DNA of 64,000 nt from positions 1-64,000 of the forward strand of contig CAVTBV010000006.1 in the NCBI GenBank assembly GCA_963733095.1. The letters run 5' to 3'. Source of the DNA: Candidatus Bathyarchaeota archaeon. Its GTDB lineage: Archaea > Thermoproteota > Bathyarchaeia > Bathyarchaeales > Bathycorpusculaceae. Both the position numbers and the translations under genes were made by a program. This document shows, piece by piece, positions 39,653-49,646 of this stretch. Numbering within the stretch: position 1 is the stretch's first letter; the number at the start of each line of letters is the position of its first letter. The notes beneath the pieces were generated by a model that searched no databases, had not been told where the DNA came from, and worked only from the letters and a program-made list of their open reading frames with translations.

Positions 39653-40519
39653 TTGAAGATGTGGATGAATGTTGCGTTTGATTTGGATTCTTCGCTTTGC
39701 TGCGGGCAAGTGTTTAGGTGGCAGAAGCAGGATGGATGGTGGTATGGCGTTGTCGGAGAGCAGGCGTTTAAGATTCGACAGTGTGGTTGTGAATTGGAGT
39801 TTGAAAACGTCAGCGAAGACTTTGTACGCCACTATTTCGGATTAAACGATGATTTAGAACAAATCAGCAGGTGCATCGCCAAAGACGATTATATTCTTAA
39901 AGCCCTGCGCAGGTTTGAGGGGTTGCGGCTTGTTCGACAGGAACCTTGGTCATGCCTCATCGGCTTTATCTGTTCCACCTACAAGAACATAGCTGCCATC
40001 GAGTTAATGCTCAAAAAACTCTCTGAGAAATATGGAGAAAAAAGGGTTTTTGATGGCTACGATTTTTATCTGTTTCCTACTGTGGAGAGGTTAGCCAATG
40101 CAAGTGAAGGTGGGTTGCGGGAGTGTGGTTTAGGTTTTAGGGCTAATTATGTGAGTTCGACAGCCCAAAAAATCCTTGCTGAAAAAATTAACCTTGAAAA
40201 CCTAAAATCCATGCCTTATTTGAAAGCCAGAAAATTTTTGCTTGATTTCCCCGGTGTCGGGTTGAAGGTCGCGGATTGTGTGTCGCTGTTTTCGCTGGAG
40301 AAGATGGAGGCTTTCCCCGTGGATGTTTGGGTTAAGCGAGTCATCCTAAAACACTATGCCAACGAGTTGCCGCAGGATTTAGTTAAAAAAATGCAGAGCC
40401 ACAGCTCTTTAACCAACGGCGAATACATCAAAATCGGTGATTTCGCCCGAAACTACTTCGGAATCTACGCAGGATATGCCCAAGAATACCTCTACCATTA
40501 CGAGCGAACACAACATTAA
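39653..40519 (+). CDS. ogg1: 8-oxoguanine DNA glycosylase (OGG1-type)
   Basis: CGQVFRW, GLGFRA, HhH-GPD FPGVGLKVADC..FPVDVW, AGYAQEYL. Confidence 0.9.
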   Translation: MKMWMNVAFDLDSSLCCGQVFRWQKQDGWWYGVVGEQAFKIRQCGCELEFENVSEDFVRHYFGLNDDLEQISRCIAKDDYILKALRRFEGLRLVRQEPWSCLIGFICSTYKNIAAIELMLKKLSEKYGEKRVFDGYDFYLFPTVERLANASEGGLRECGLGFRANYVSSTAQKILAEKINLENLKSMPYLKARKFLLDFPGVGLKVADCVSLFSLEKMEAFPVDVWVKRVILKHYANELPQDLVKKMQSHSSLTNGEYIKIGDFARNYFGIYAGYAQEYLYHYERTQH

Positions 40520-40520
40520 A

Positions 40521-40808
40521 ATGGCAAAAAACCGCATTTCCCTACTGGTGCGAACTTTGAGCGATGGTAAAATTGACCAGTTAATCAAGCAAAAACGAGT
40601 TTTCCTAAGACAAGCCATGAAAGATTACTCCTCAGGCGGCAACGACATGCTCGACGACATCGAAAACCTGCTAAAAGAGGCAAAAGCAGAAATCACCAAC
40701 AACTTGGAACTTGCCAGTTGCCTAAAAGAGGAAGATGAAGAATCTTGGCAAAAAGAATGTCTATCCATGTTTAACGCATGGCATGAAAAATGGTTCGGCA
40801 AGCCCTAA
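40521..40808 (+). CDS. hypothetical protein ending KWFG
   Basis: ATG 1 nt after the glycosylase stop; 95 aa. Confidence 0.6.
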   Translation: MAKNRISLLVRTLSDGKIDQLIKQKRVFLRQAMKDYSSGGNDMLDDIENLLKEAKAEITNNLELASCLKEEDEESWQKECLSMFNAWHEKWFGKP

Positions 40809-40892
40809 GCCTTTTCAACCGTTTAGTTATATCTCGATAGCGGAAAATGTTTAAATCTTAACTGGAACAGCAATATTAGAGAATAGCACTGT

Positions 40893-40967
40893 GGGCCCGT
40901 AGCTCAGCTCGGCTGGAGCGCCAGACTCATAATCTGTTGGTCGCTGGTTCAAATCCGGCCGGGCCCA
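40893..40967 (+). tRNA. tRNA with CAT anticodon, most likely tRNA-Ile2
   Basis: GGGCCCG/CGGGCCC acceptor stem, discriminator A, CT-CAT-AA loop, GGTTCAAATCC T arm; GGGCCC start and no A1-U72 pair favour Ile2 over initiator Met. Confidence 0.9.
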
Positions 40968-40987
40968 CATTACTTTTATTTTGTAAT

Positions 40988-41884
40988 CTAATGGATTAGC
41001 AAGTAAACAATCATTAATACATTGAAAGTGATGAGCGAACAAACGCTTATAATGCTTAATGTTTGAACGCTTTTTCTTTTTTGTACGCCAAACAAGCCTA
41101 AAACTCCCGCCGTCACTGGCACAGCAGCAAAAGCAGCTACAACCTCAAAGCTGATTGGAGAAGCATTAATTTGCAAAGCATAAAAAAGAAACATCGTAAA
41201 AGACGCAGTGGACAAGGCAAGGACTAATCCAAATACCGCCTGAACTCCGTATGCCATACCGAAGGTTTTCTTGTTTCCCAAGCGGTCGCCTTCTATGTCC
41301 GGGGCTTCTAGGCTTAGAGAAAGCATAAAGCCATAAAGCACGAAGGGCAAAAAGAAAAACCCATACCAACCGTCAAGTTGCCCCTTTATGGAAAGGTATC
41401 CTGCTGCTGGAATAGCAAAACCAACCGCCAACGCTATGGCAGCTTCCCCAAGACCCCTTGACACAAACCGTAAGGGTGGAGCGGAATAGAACCATCCTAA
41501 AAAATTTGCACCCATCATAACTAACAGTAATTCGATAGGTGCAACTTGGAAAATGACCGCCAAAGCTGCCAAGACCAAAGACACAGAAAGTAGAGTAATC
41601 GATAATTTTTTAGTCAAAGGCAACAGGTTTGGGTTAGACGTGAGTATTTTATCTTTAGAAAAAGACTTTTTTCTTTGAGCAAGCTTGTCTTCTTGGACAT
41701 CAAAGTAGTCGTTGCTGAAATGAGTCGATAAATCTCCGAAAAAAACCGTAGCATAAAACAAAATAAAATTTATCGGGTTAAAGTCTCCGCCGTTTGCAAC
41801 CCCCAAAAACGCGCCCACAGTGAACGCTAATAAGCCACCAAACACGATGTGGGGTCTTATCATTTTAAGGTACTGCTTAAACAT
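40988..41884 (-). CDS. UbiA/MenA-family prenyltransferase
   Basis: NDYFD, FYSAPPLR..RGLGE, PDIEGD..KKT. Confidence 0.88.
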   Translation of the reverse strand: MFKQYLKMIRPHIVFGGLLAFTVGAFLGVANGGDFNPINFILFYATVFFGDLSTHFSNDYFDVQEDKLAQRKKSFSKDKILTSNPNLLPLTKKLSITLLSVSLVLAALAVIFQVAPIELLLVMMGANFLGWFYSAPPLRFVSRGLGEAAIALAVGFAIPAAGYLSIKGQLDGWYGFFFLPFVLYGFMLSLSLEAPDIEGDRLGNKKTFGMAYGVQAVFGLVLALSTASFTMFLFYALQINASPISFEVVAAFAAVPVTAGVLGLFGVQKRKSVQTLSIISVCSLITFNVLMIVYLLIH

Positions 41885-41941
41885 CAGCTCTTCGCCTCTG
41901 TCCTATCTATCGATTCTATAATGAAACTACTTATATCTTAA

Positions 41942-42886
41942 GTGGGCGAATTAAAAATCAGGGGACTATACTTGGCTCAAAGAATCAAGGCCTTCATGGA
42001 TCTGCTGCGGCTACATTTTTTCTTTGTATGGCCTACTCTTTTCTGTGCTGGACTTTTTTTGGGCTTTGGTTTTTACAGTGGTTTTTCGTTAGCTTTGGTT
42101 TTGCAGGCAGTTTTTATCGGCCTTTTCGGGTTTGAAGCTGGACTTGTCCTTAACGATATCGTGGACGCTCGCATAGACAGGAAAGAATTGGGTTCGGAGA
42201 ACGCTTTAACTAAGTATTGGCGGCCCTTCGGCGAAAGACCAATACCAACCGCTTTGATTCCTCGTCGGCAAGCAACCGCTGTGTTTGCTGTGCTCGTTAC
42301 CGTAACTACATCTGTCATTCTTACGCTTCCATTTCCCCATTCTTTGTATGTTTTCTTTATCATGCTGAGTTGTTACGGCTTAGAGGTTTTCTATCAATTT
42401 AAAAAGCGAAACGAAAAAACTCCAGTTGCCCAAATAATCGGACGGATAGATTTCGCTTTGTTTTTGGTGGCGGGTTATCTTTGTGTGGGCAACCCCGATT
42501 TGAATGTGCTTTTGTTGTTCCTTTTCTTTTATCCTTTAGCCCTTGGGCATTTGGGTGTAAATGACCTTATAGATGTCGCTAACGACAAAGCGAAGGACAT
42601 GAACACAATTCCCACCCTCTACGGCATCAACGCCACTGTGTATTGGGTGTTGCTGTTTAGCCTGTGGCATGGTGGAATGGCAATTATCTTATTGGCCACT
42701 TTGGGCACGTTTTTGGCATTTGGCGGAATTATAGTAAGCTTGTTACTCTTGTCGGTCGGTAACATCAAGATTTTTCGGGAAAGAAACCCTCAATCCACCA
42801 TCAAAGCATTGCCGTTTTTCCATGTGGCCATGTTAATCTATGCCATAACAATAATTGCTAACTACTCCATCGGTGCTTTCCTTTAG
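41942..42886 (+). CDS. UbiA-family prenyltransferase
   Basis: LNDIVD..D, RPIP, NDLID..ND..TIP. Confidence 0.88.
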   Translation: MGELKIRGLYLAQRIKAFMDLLRLHFFFVWPTLFCAGLFLGFGFYSGFSLALVLQAVFIGLFGFEAGLVLNDIVDARIDRKELGSENALTKYWRPFGERPIPTALIPRRQATAVFAVLVTVTTSVILTLPFPHSLYVFFIMLSCYGLEVFYQFKKRNEKTPVAQIIGRIDFALFLVAGYLCVGNPDLNVLLLFLFFYPLALGHLGVNDLIDVANDKAKDMNTIPTLYGINATVYWVLLFSLWHGGMAIILLATLGTFLAFGGIIVSLLLLSVGNIKIFRERNPQSTIKALPFFHVAMLIYAITIIANYSIGAFL

Positions 42887-42898
42887 AATGGGAAATTT

Positions 42899-43468
42899 TT
42901 ACTTTACAATTTCCCTGATTATATCATTTGCCAGCATTATTTTTGCGTTGTAGGCATATTCTAAGTATTTGAGTCCCTGCTCTTGGTCTTCGGCCGTGAA
43001 TGCTTCTACCCCGTCTTTGGCGATCATGATTTGGTAGCCTCGGAAAAAAGCGTCGGCGGCAGTGTGACGTACGCACATATGGGTGTGTAAGCCGCCGAGG
43101 ACAACCGTTTTTACTCCTTCACCTTTATAGAGGCTCCGCAAAAGTGGATCTAAGCCTGTCTCGTAGAAACCACTGTACGTTCGCTTCTCAACAATGTAAT
43201 CCTTGCCTTCCTTTGGCTTAAGTTCAGGAATGACTTCTGCACCCGCCGTGCCTTTTATGGCGTGGTTGCCCCATTTCCGCGTCACCTCAACATCTTGAGG
43301 GTAATGGGCATCGTTGCTGTAGATGACTGGCACATTGTTTTTGCGTGCAGCAGCAACAAGTCGTTGCAGGGGCTCGATGACGGTTTTGGCACGTTTGACC
43401 TCTAAAGCTCCCGTAACAAAATCATTCAACATATCTACGAGAATAATAGCTGGATTATTAATCAACAA
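42899..43468 (-). CDS. isochorismatase/nicotinamidase-family cysteine hydrolase
   Basis: VDMLNDF, DAH, EKRTYSGF, HMCVRHT. Confidence 0.9.
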   Translation of the reverse strand: MLINNPAIILVDMLNDFVTGALEVKRAKTVIEPLQRLVAAARKNNVPVIYSNDAHYPQDVEVTRKWGNHAIKGTAGAEVIPELKPKEGKDYIVEKRTYSGFYETGLDPLLRSLYKGEGVKTVVLGGLHTHMCVRHTAADAFFRGYQIMIAKDGVEAFTAEDQEQGLKYLEYAYNAKIMLANDIIREIVK

Positions 43469-43514
43469 GTCATCTCACTATATAAAATGGCTCTGGGATT
43501 AATTTAGTTTTACT

Positions 43515-44567
43515 CTAAGGCATGCAAGGTCCAACGGTCAGTATCTCGGCGCCGTTTTTGGTGACAAGGACTGTATCTTCTATTCGGACCCCGCCAAAAC
43601 CCGGAACGTAAACTCCCGGCTCATCCGTCACCACATTGCCCGCTGCTAAGATGTCTTTGCTGTCAGGGCTCAAGGTCGGTGCTTCGTGGATTTCTAAGCC
43701 CACGCCATGCCCAAGGTTGTGGACAAAATACTCGCCGAAACCCGCATGCTCAATCACGTGCCTTGCTGTTGCGTCAACTTCGATTGCGGAGACTCTAGGT
43801 TTTATGGCTTCAAACGCTTTCTCGTGTGCCAATTTTACGGCGTCGTAGATTCTTGCCTGTTTCTGTGTAGCTTTGCTGGCAATGAATGTTCGGCTGATGT
43901 CTGAGCGGTAGAACTTGTAGGTTGCGCCCAAATCAACCACTACAAAATCGTTTTCTTCAATCCTTTTTTTTTCCATGGATGTGCCGTGAGGGTAGGCGCA
44001 GCTGTAGCCTGAAGCAACTATGGTGTCAAAGGCTGTTCCGTCTGAACCTGCTTTGCGCATGGCGTACTCGATTTCTGCGGCTGCGTCCTTCTCTTTTAAG
44101 CCCACACCGATGATTTCCTTGGCTGTCTGCATACCAATAGTTGCTAACCTGCAGGCTTCACGGATAAGTTTGATTTCTTCGGCGTCTTTGACGCTGCGAA
44201 GCTCCCGAATCAGATTGTTGATGAGCTCAAGTTTTTCTTCTCCGCCGACGGCTTTGGATAGGATGCGCCAACTTTCAATCGGCAAAGTGTCAACGCCGAG
44301 TTTTTTTGGGGTTTGCTTAGCTATTTTTTCCATCACACTCTCACCCCTCCTTATCTGCTCTACAGCTATCCCTTTGACTTCAGCTTTTGCTTGTTCAAAG
44401 TTGACGGTTGATACGTATAGGGTGGAGTCGCCGTCTTCGGGGATGTATAGTGCGGTTGCTGCTGGGAAACCTGCGAAGTAGATTAGGTTGGTTTGGTTAA
44501 AGATTGCGAAGTTGGTTGGTTTGCCCTGTTTGATTGCTGTTTGTTTTAGCGCGCTGATGTGCTTCAT
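43515..44567 (-). CDS. pepQ: Xaa-Pro dipeptidase (M24B)
   Basis: PH, DLG..YRSDISRT, HNLGHGVGLEIHE, DEPGVY, GVRIED. Confidence 0.9.
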   Translation of the reverse strand: MKHISALKQTAIKQGKPTNFAIFNQTNLIYFAGFPAATALYIPEDGDSTLYVSTVNFEQAKAEVKGIAVEQIRRGESVMEKIAKQTPKKLGVDTLPIESWRILSKAVGGEEKLELINNLIRELRSVKDAEEIKLIREACRLATIGMQTAKEIIGVGLKEKDAAAEIEYAMRKAGSDGTAFDTIVASGYSCAYPHGTSMEKKRIEENDFVVVDLGATYKFYRSDISRTFIASKATQKQARIYDAVKLAHEKAFEAIKPRVSAIEVDATARHVIEHAGFGEYFVHNLGHGVGLEIHEAPTLSPDSKDILAAGNVVTDEPGVYVPGFGGVRIEDTVLVTKNGAEILTVGPCMP

Positions 44568-44699
44568 GTTTCTGCCTGTATGAGGAAGGGGTCGGGTTGG
44601 TTTAAGTATTCGCTTCCACGTGTGTTTAGGAAAGGCTGTTTATTGCGTTGTGTTGAGAAAAACATGTCGAAAATGACCGTGATTTTTTAAACGAAACTG

Positions 44700-44727
44700 C
44701 CATTAACTTAATATAGTTTTTAACAGC
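44700..44727 (+). promoter_or_regulatory. promoter element shared by both AOR operons (copy 1)
   Basis: CCATTAACTTAATATAGTTTTTAACAGC, containing a TATA-like TTAATATA. Confidence 0.65.
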
Positions 44728-44760
44728 CTTCTATCGTACAAGACATGAGGGGAAAAAAGC

Positions 44761-46674
44761 ATGTTTGCTTATGCAGGAAAAATTTTACATATTAACCTCA
44801 CAACAGGGGAAATTAAAACTGAGCCCTTAAGTGAACAGATGGCTAAAGACTATATCGGTGGAATAGGCTTAGGCATCCGCCTATTGTTCGATAATTCAAA
44901 ACCCGGCACTGACGCTTATGACCCTGAAAACCCAATAATCTACTTGACCGGTCCACTCAGCGGTACCATGGGACCAACAGGTGGAAATAGCTACGCCGTC
45001 GTATCCAAATCCCCCGCCACTGGCGGTATCGGCAACGCTGAAGCTCACGGCTTTTTCGGTCCAGATTTGAAACGTGCAGGTTATGATGCTGTAATAATCA
45101 AAGGAAAAGCACCCAAACTATCTTACCTCTGGATTGACGATGACAAAGTAGAAATCCGAGACGCTGAATACCTTAAGAACAAAACTGTCAACGAAACCGA
45201 CCATATGATTCGAGATGAACTCGGTGACTTCTATATTCGTGTTTCAGCAATCGGTGAGGCAGGCGAAAAACTCTGCCGTTTCGCAGCCATAATAAATGAT
45301 GAGTTCCGCGCTATTGGCCGCAGCGGCATGGGCGGAGTAATGGGTAGCAAGAACCTCAAAGCCGTTGCCGTTCGAGGAACACACGACGTCAACGTTGCAA
45401 ACCTGCCTGGCTTTATGGAGTTTGTTAAGCTTATCCATGAACGCATGAAGGGTCCAGCAACCAAAAAATACAAGACTTTGGGTACACCCGAAAACGTTTT
45501 AGTTCTCAACTCCCTCTCAGCGTTGGCAACGAGGAACTGGACAAACGCAACTTTTGAAGGTGCAGACAAAGTTAGTGGCGAATACCTAAACGAACATTAC
45601 GTTAAGAAAGTTGTAGGTTGCGCTACCTGTGGTATGCGTTGTGACCACATCGCAGTGGTTCCCGAGGGACCCTACAAAGGCGCGACTTCACGACTTGAGT
45701 TCGAGTGCCTCTGGAGCATGGGGCCACTCTGCGGCATTGACCGCTTAGATGCAGTTATCGAAGCCATGCGTATCGTAAACGAGTATGGCATGGACGGCAT
45801 CTCAATCGGGGTTGTTGTCGCATTTGCCATGGACCTCTATGAGCACGGCATAATTACGAAGGAACAAACCGATGGAATAGACCTTAAATTCGGCAACGCA
45901 GAAGCATTAATCGCCATAATCCACAAAATCGGCAAACGTGAAGGCTGGCTTGGCAACATACTCGCAGAAGGAGTAGCTAAAGCATCGGAACTCATCGGTG
46001 GAGACGCATACAAGTACGCTTGCCACATCAAAGGCTTAGAACTTCCAGGATACGACCTGCGAACCCTAAAGACCGCAGCGTTAGGATTTTCCGTCTCATT
46101 CCGGGGTGCCTGCCACCTAAGAAACGGCGCTTACTCACCCGACGTTAAAGGGAAAGTTAACCGCTTCAAAATCGAGAAAGGCAGAGGAAAAATGATTACA
46201 GACGAGAGCCTTATGTACAACATCATCGACTCACTGATTGTCTGCAAGTTTAGCAGAGGCACATACTATGACGGCTGGAAAGACCTTACTAACTATTACA
46301 CCTTAGCCACTGGCATTCCAATTACTCCTGAAGAAATGATGGCTGACGGCGACCGCATCGAAAACCTCGCACGACTCTTCAACATCCGTGAAGGCAAAGG
46401 CACACGCAAATACGATGATGTCCCCTACAAGATAAAGAATTATCCAGTACCAGATGAGGGGCCAGCTAAAGGTGTCTGCGTCAACGATGAGGAAATGGCA
46501 GTCGGCTTAGACGACTATTACGCTTCACGCGGATGGACAGTTGATGGTATCCCAACGGTTGAACGTCTTAACTCGTTGGGATTAGGCGATTTAGCCTACA
46601 TTGCGGAAGACGCGATGAAAGCTGCTAAAGAAGCTAAGCCTCAAGCAACCGTAGCGACAGCAGGAGGAAACTAA
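44761..46674 (+). CDS. aor: tungsten aldehyde:ferredoxin oxidoreductase
   Basis: SKSPATG, LKRAGYD, GR.GMG.VMGSKNLKAV, CATCGMRC, EFE, RGACH, DSLIVC. Confidence 0.93.
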   Translation: MFAYAGKILHINLTTGEIKTEPLSEQMAKDYIGGIGLGIRLLFDNSKPGTDAYDPENPIIYLTGPLSGTMGPTGGNSYAVVSKSPATGGIGNAEAHGFFGPDLKRAGYDAVIIKGKAPKLSYLWIDDDKVEIRDAEYLKNKTVNETDHMIRDELGDFYIRVSAIGEAGEKLCRFAAIINDEFRAIGRSGMGGVMGSKNLKAVAVRGTHDVNVANLPGFMEFVKLIHERMKGPATKKYKTLGTPENVLVLNSLSALATRNWTNATFEGADKVSGEYLNEHYVKKVVGCATCGMRCDHIAVVPEGPYKGATSRLEFECLWSMGPLCGIDRLDAVIEAMRIVNEYGMDGISIGVVVAFAMDLYEHGIITKEQTDGIDLKFGNAEALIAIIHKIGKREGWLGNILAEGVAKASELIGGDAYKYACHIKGLELPGYDLRTLKTAALGFSVSFRGACHLRNGAYSPDVKGKVNRFKIEKGRGKMITDESLMYNIIDSLIVCKFSRGTYYDGWKDLTNYYTLATGIPITPEEMMADGDRIENLARLFNIREGKGTRKYDDVPYKIKNYPVPDEGPAKGVCVNDEEMAVGLDDYYASRGWTVDGIPTVERLNSLGLGDLAYIAEDAMKAAKEAKPQATVATAGGN

Positions 46675-46675
46675 G

Positions 46676-47185
46676 ATGGTGCGACCCCAAGACCGAAAAT
46701 TCGTAACTTCAGACCCTGACAAATGCATCGGCTGCTGTGTTTGCGAATACGCGTGTAGCATGATTAACGAAAAAACCTTCAACCCTACCAAATCCCGCAT
46801 ACGCGCCATGCGCCTTGGACCCTTAGTGAACCTTGCAGTAACCTGCAGACACTGTGAAGACCCCGCATGCGTTGCTGCTTGCCCAAGAGACGCTCTAAAA
46901 CAGGAACAAGACTCCGGCATAATTCGTGTAGACGAAAACGCCTGCAACGGCTGCGGCTGGTGCATTAGCGCCTGCCAATTCGGCGCCATTAACATGCACC
47001 CAGACAAACATGTGGTATTTACCTGCAATAGCTGCACTGACAACGATACCAAAGAACCCCAATGCGTCAAATGGTGCCCCGAAGAAGCCCTAACATACGT
47101 TACAGCAGAAACCTTGGCACAGAAATACCGTCAAAAAGCAGTCAAGAACCTCTTCCAAACAGCAGAAGAAAACAAAGCAAAATAA
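46676..47185 (+). CDS. 4Fe-4S dicluster protein (AOR partner)
   Basis: CIGCCVCEYAC, CRHCEDPACVAACP, CNGCGWCISAC, CNSC..CVKWCP. Confidence 0.92.
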   Translation: MVRPQDRKFVTSDPDKCIGCCVCEYACSMINEKTFNPTKSRIRAMRLGPLVNLAVTCRHCEDPACVAACPRDALKQEQDSGIIRVDENACNGCGWCISACQFGAINMHPDKHVVFTCNSCTDNDTKEPQCVKWCPEEALTYVTAETLAQKYRQKAVKNLFQTAEENKAK

Positions 47186-47267
47186 ACCCGATTAGCGCTT
47201 TTTTAGCGCTCCGTGTTTTTATTTATTTAAATGCATTTTGAGTTTGCTTTTTAGGTAAAATGTTGGT

Positions 47268-47555
47268 TTAGCCGCCTGTCATCAGCGACATTAAAATTAC
47301 GTTGTCGCCGTCTTTGAGCGGGGTGTTTACGCCTTGAATTTGATCCATCAAAACGCCATTAATCATTGCTACAAATGTCGCTTTCATCTCTTTCTTTGCT
47401 GGGTCGTAAACTTCGGCTATGAATTGTTTGCCGTAGACGGCGGCGATTTTGTCAAGCAATTTCGACAGTAGGGTGTCGTTTGGAAAGGTGAATTCGTCCT
47501 GGCTTTTGTTGGTGTAGGATTTTACCAGGCTGATGTAGTGAACTTTTATTTGCAT
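47268..47555 (-). CDS. MoaD/ThiS-family sulfur carrier (SAMP-like)
   Basis: Beta-grasp, INGV..TPLKDGD, C-terminal GG; start MQIKVHY. Confidence 0.88.
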   Translation of the reverse strand: MQIKVHYISLVKSYTNKSQDEFTFPNDTLLSKLLDKIAAVYGKQFIAEVYDPAKKEMKATFVAMINGVLMDQIQGVNTPLKDGDNVILMSLMTGG

Positions 47556-47723
47556 TTCTTTTACCTTCTGCTCTATGTAATTGATTCTTGTTGGGTTCTG
47601 ATATTTCTTTTCTTTGCTTGCGGGTATTTTATCGTGAAAACTCTGCAGTCGTAGCGTTGTGTTCATTTGTTCATGACGCAAAGCGGAACGCTACACTACG
47701 CCATGAATTTTCCAACAAAGAAC

Positions 47724-47751
47724 CCATTAACTTAATATATTGTTCAACAGC
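47724..47751 (+). promoter_or_regulatory. promoter element shared by both AOR operons (copy 2)
   Basis: CCATTAACTTAATATATTGTTCAACAGC; 25 of 28 positions match copy 1. Confidence 0.65.
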
Positions 47752-47785
47752 ACTAAATACTTTAAAAATCTTGGAGGAACAAGGT

Positions 47786-49642
47786 TTGCTAGGTTACGCA
47801 GGAACAATCTTATACATTGATTTAATTACAGGCAAGACCCGAACCGAAAAGTTAGACGACGAAACCGCCAAAAAATACATCGGCGGAATAGGTCTTGGCA
47901 TGAAACTCTATCTATCCAACTCAAAAGCAGGTATAAACCCGCTTAGCGCAGAAAACCCGCTTGTACTTGCACTCGGACCGGTTTCAGGAACCATGTTTCC
48001 GACAGGAGGAAACGGTCACGCATTCATATCCAAATCACCAGAAACAAACGCTGTTGGAGAAGCAGTAAGCCACGGCACCTTCGGCGCAGAACTAAAAAGA
48101 GCAGGATACGACGCCATAGTTTTAACTGGCAAAGCAGAAAAGCCAGTTTACCTCTGGATTGACGATGAATCAGTCCAACTTCTTGACGCAACCCAAATCT
48201 GGGGCAAATCTCCTGGCGAAACCGAAGATGCCATCAAAAACGAAGTCGGCGACTACTATGTTCGCGTAGCCTCGATTGGATTAGCGGGAGAAAAGCTCTC
48301 TAAAATTGCAAACATTATAAACGAGAAAACCCGTGCCGCAGGAAGAACAGGCCTTGGCGCAGTTATGGGAGGCAAAAACCTCAAAGCAATAGCTGTCAGG
48401 GGAACCCACGACATAGTCGTTGCGAAACCTGACGAATTCATTGAAATGGTAAAAGAATTCCATGAGCGCATGAAAGGTCCAGCAGCACAGAAATACCGCA
48501 CGCTGGGAACATCAGAAAACATCATGGTTCAGAACTCATTATCCTGCATGCCAACCCGCAACTTCAACAACGCTCATTTTGAAAACGCAGAAAAAGTCAG
48601 CGCAGAAAACCTCAACCTGCACTACATCACAAAAATCATCGCGTGTAACTCATGTGCAATGCGATGTGAACATGAAGCAGTCATTCGCGAAGGACCATAT
48701 AAGGGCACGATGGCACGGATGGAATACGACAACATCTGGGCGTTAGGACCAAACTGCGGTGTAGACAAACTGGACGCCATAATAAAAGCTGCAGAACTCT
48801 GCAACTACTACGGCATAGACGCAACGAGCGCAGGTGTAACCGTTAGCTTCGTGATGGATTGTCATGAGAAAGGCATCCTAACACACGAAGACCTTGGCGG
48901 ATTAGATGCTCACTTCGGAAGCCCAGAGGCGCTGGTACAACTTATTGAAAAAATCGGCACACGCGAAGGAATCGGCGATATACTCGCAGACGGTGTGAAG
49001 GCAGCTGCAGAAAAAATTGGCAAAGGCTCCATTCAGCTGGCTCAACAGATTAAAGGTTTAGAAGTCACAGGGTACGACCTACGATGCCTGAAAACTGCCG
49101 CGTTAGCCTCTGCAGTTTCGTTCCGCGGAGCAGACCAAAACAGAAGCGGCGCCTACACCATCGATTTGAAAGGTAAAGTTGACCGATTAAAAGCTGAAAA
49201 AGGACGAGGAAAACTCGTTAAAGAAGCAGAGAACATCTATGCAATAATCGACTCACTTATAATCTGCAAGAATGCCAAAGGCACCCTCTACAAGGAACTC
49301 AATGACATGGCAAAACTCTACAGCTTAGTTACTGGCATTGGCATGACTCCTGAAGAGCTTGACACTGCAGGGGAAAGGATAAACACCCTCGCCAAGCTCA
49401 TCAACGTTAGAGAAGGCTTAAGCCGCAAAGACGACAATCTGCCTTGGAAAGTTATGAACCTGCCAATCCCGGATGAAGGACCGGCAAAAGGCGCAATTGT
49501 AACCCAAGACGAACTTGACATGCTCCTCGACGATTACTACCAAGCTCGCGGCTGGAACGTCGAAGGCATCCCTACAAAAGCTAAGCTCCAAGAATTAGGC
49601 TTGCAAGATTACCTAAGTATAATTGAAGGAAAAGAGGCATAA
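47786..49642 (+). CDS. aor: AOR paralog with altered active-site residues
   Basis: TTG start after GGAGG; AOR motifs present, but EYD and RGADQ replace EFE and RGACH. Confidence 0.9.
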   Translation: MLGYAGTILYIDLITGKTRTEKLDDETAKKYIGGIGLGMKLYLSNSKAGINPLSAENPLVLALGPVSGTMFPTGGNGHAFISKSPETNAVGEAVSHGTFGAELKRAGYDAIVLTGKAEKPVYLWIDDESVQLLDATQIWGKSPGETEDAIKNEVGDYYVRVASIGLAGEKLSKIANIINEKTRAAGRTGLGAVMGGKNLKAIAVRGTHDIVVAKPDEFIEMVKEFHERMKGPAAQKYRTLGTSENIMVQNSLSCMPTRNFNNAHFENAEKVSAENLNLHYITKIIACNSCAMRCEHEAVIREGPYKGTMARMEYDNIWALGPNCGVDKLDAIIKAAELCNYYGIDATSAGVTVSFVMDCHEKGILTHEDLGGLDAHFGSPEALVQLIEKIGTREGIGDILADGVKAAAEKIGKGSIQLAQQIKGLEVTGYDLRCLKTAALASAVSFRGADQNRSGAYTIDLKGKVDRLKAEKGRGKLVKEAENIYAIIDSLIICKNAKGTLYKELNDMAKLYSLVTGIGMTPEELDTAGERINTLAKLINVREGLSRKDDNLPWKVMNLPIPDEGPAKGAIVTQDELDMLLDDYYQARGWNVEGIPTKAKLQELGLQDYLSIIEGKEA

Positions 49643-49646
49643 AGAA

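Noticed and set aside
40893-40967. tRNA-Ile2 as an integration site
   Set aside because: No duplicate of its 3' end and no integrase seen in the window
40851-41042. 63-aa minus-strand ORF
   Set aside because: Antisense shadow of the tRNA gene
47556-47785. Long N-terminal extensions of the MoaD-like and second AOR ORFs
   Set aside because: They overlap each other across a divergent promoter; homology starts at 47555 and 47786
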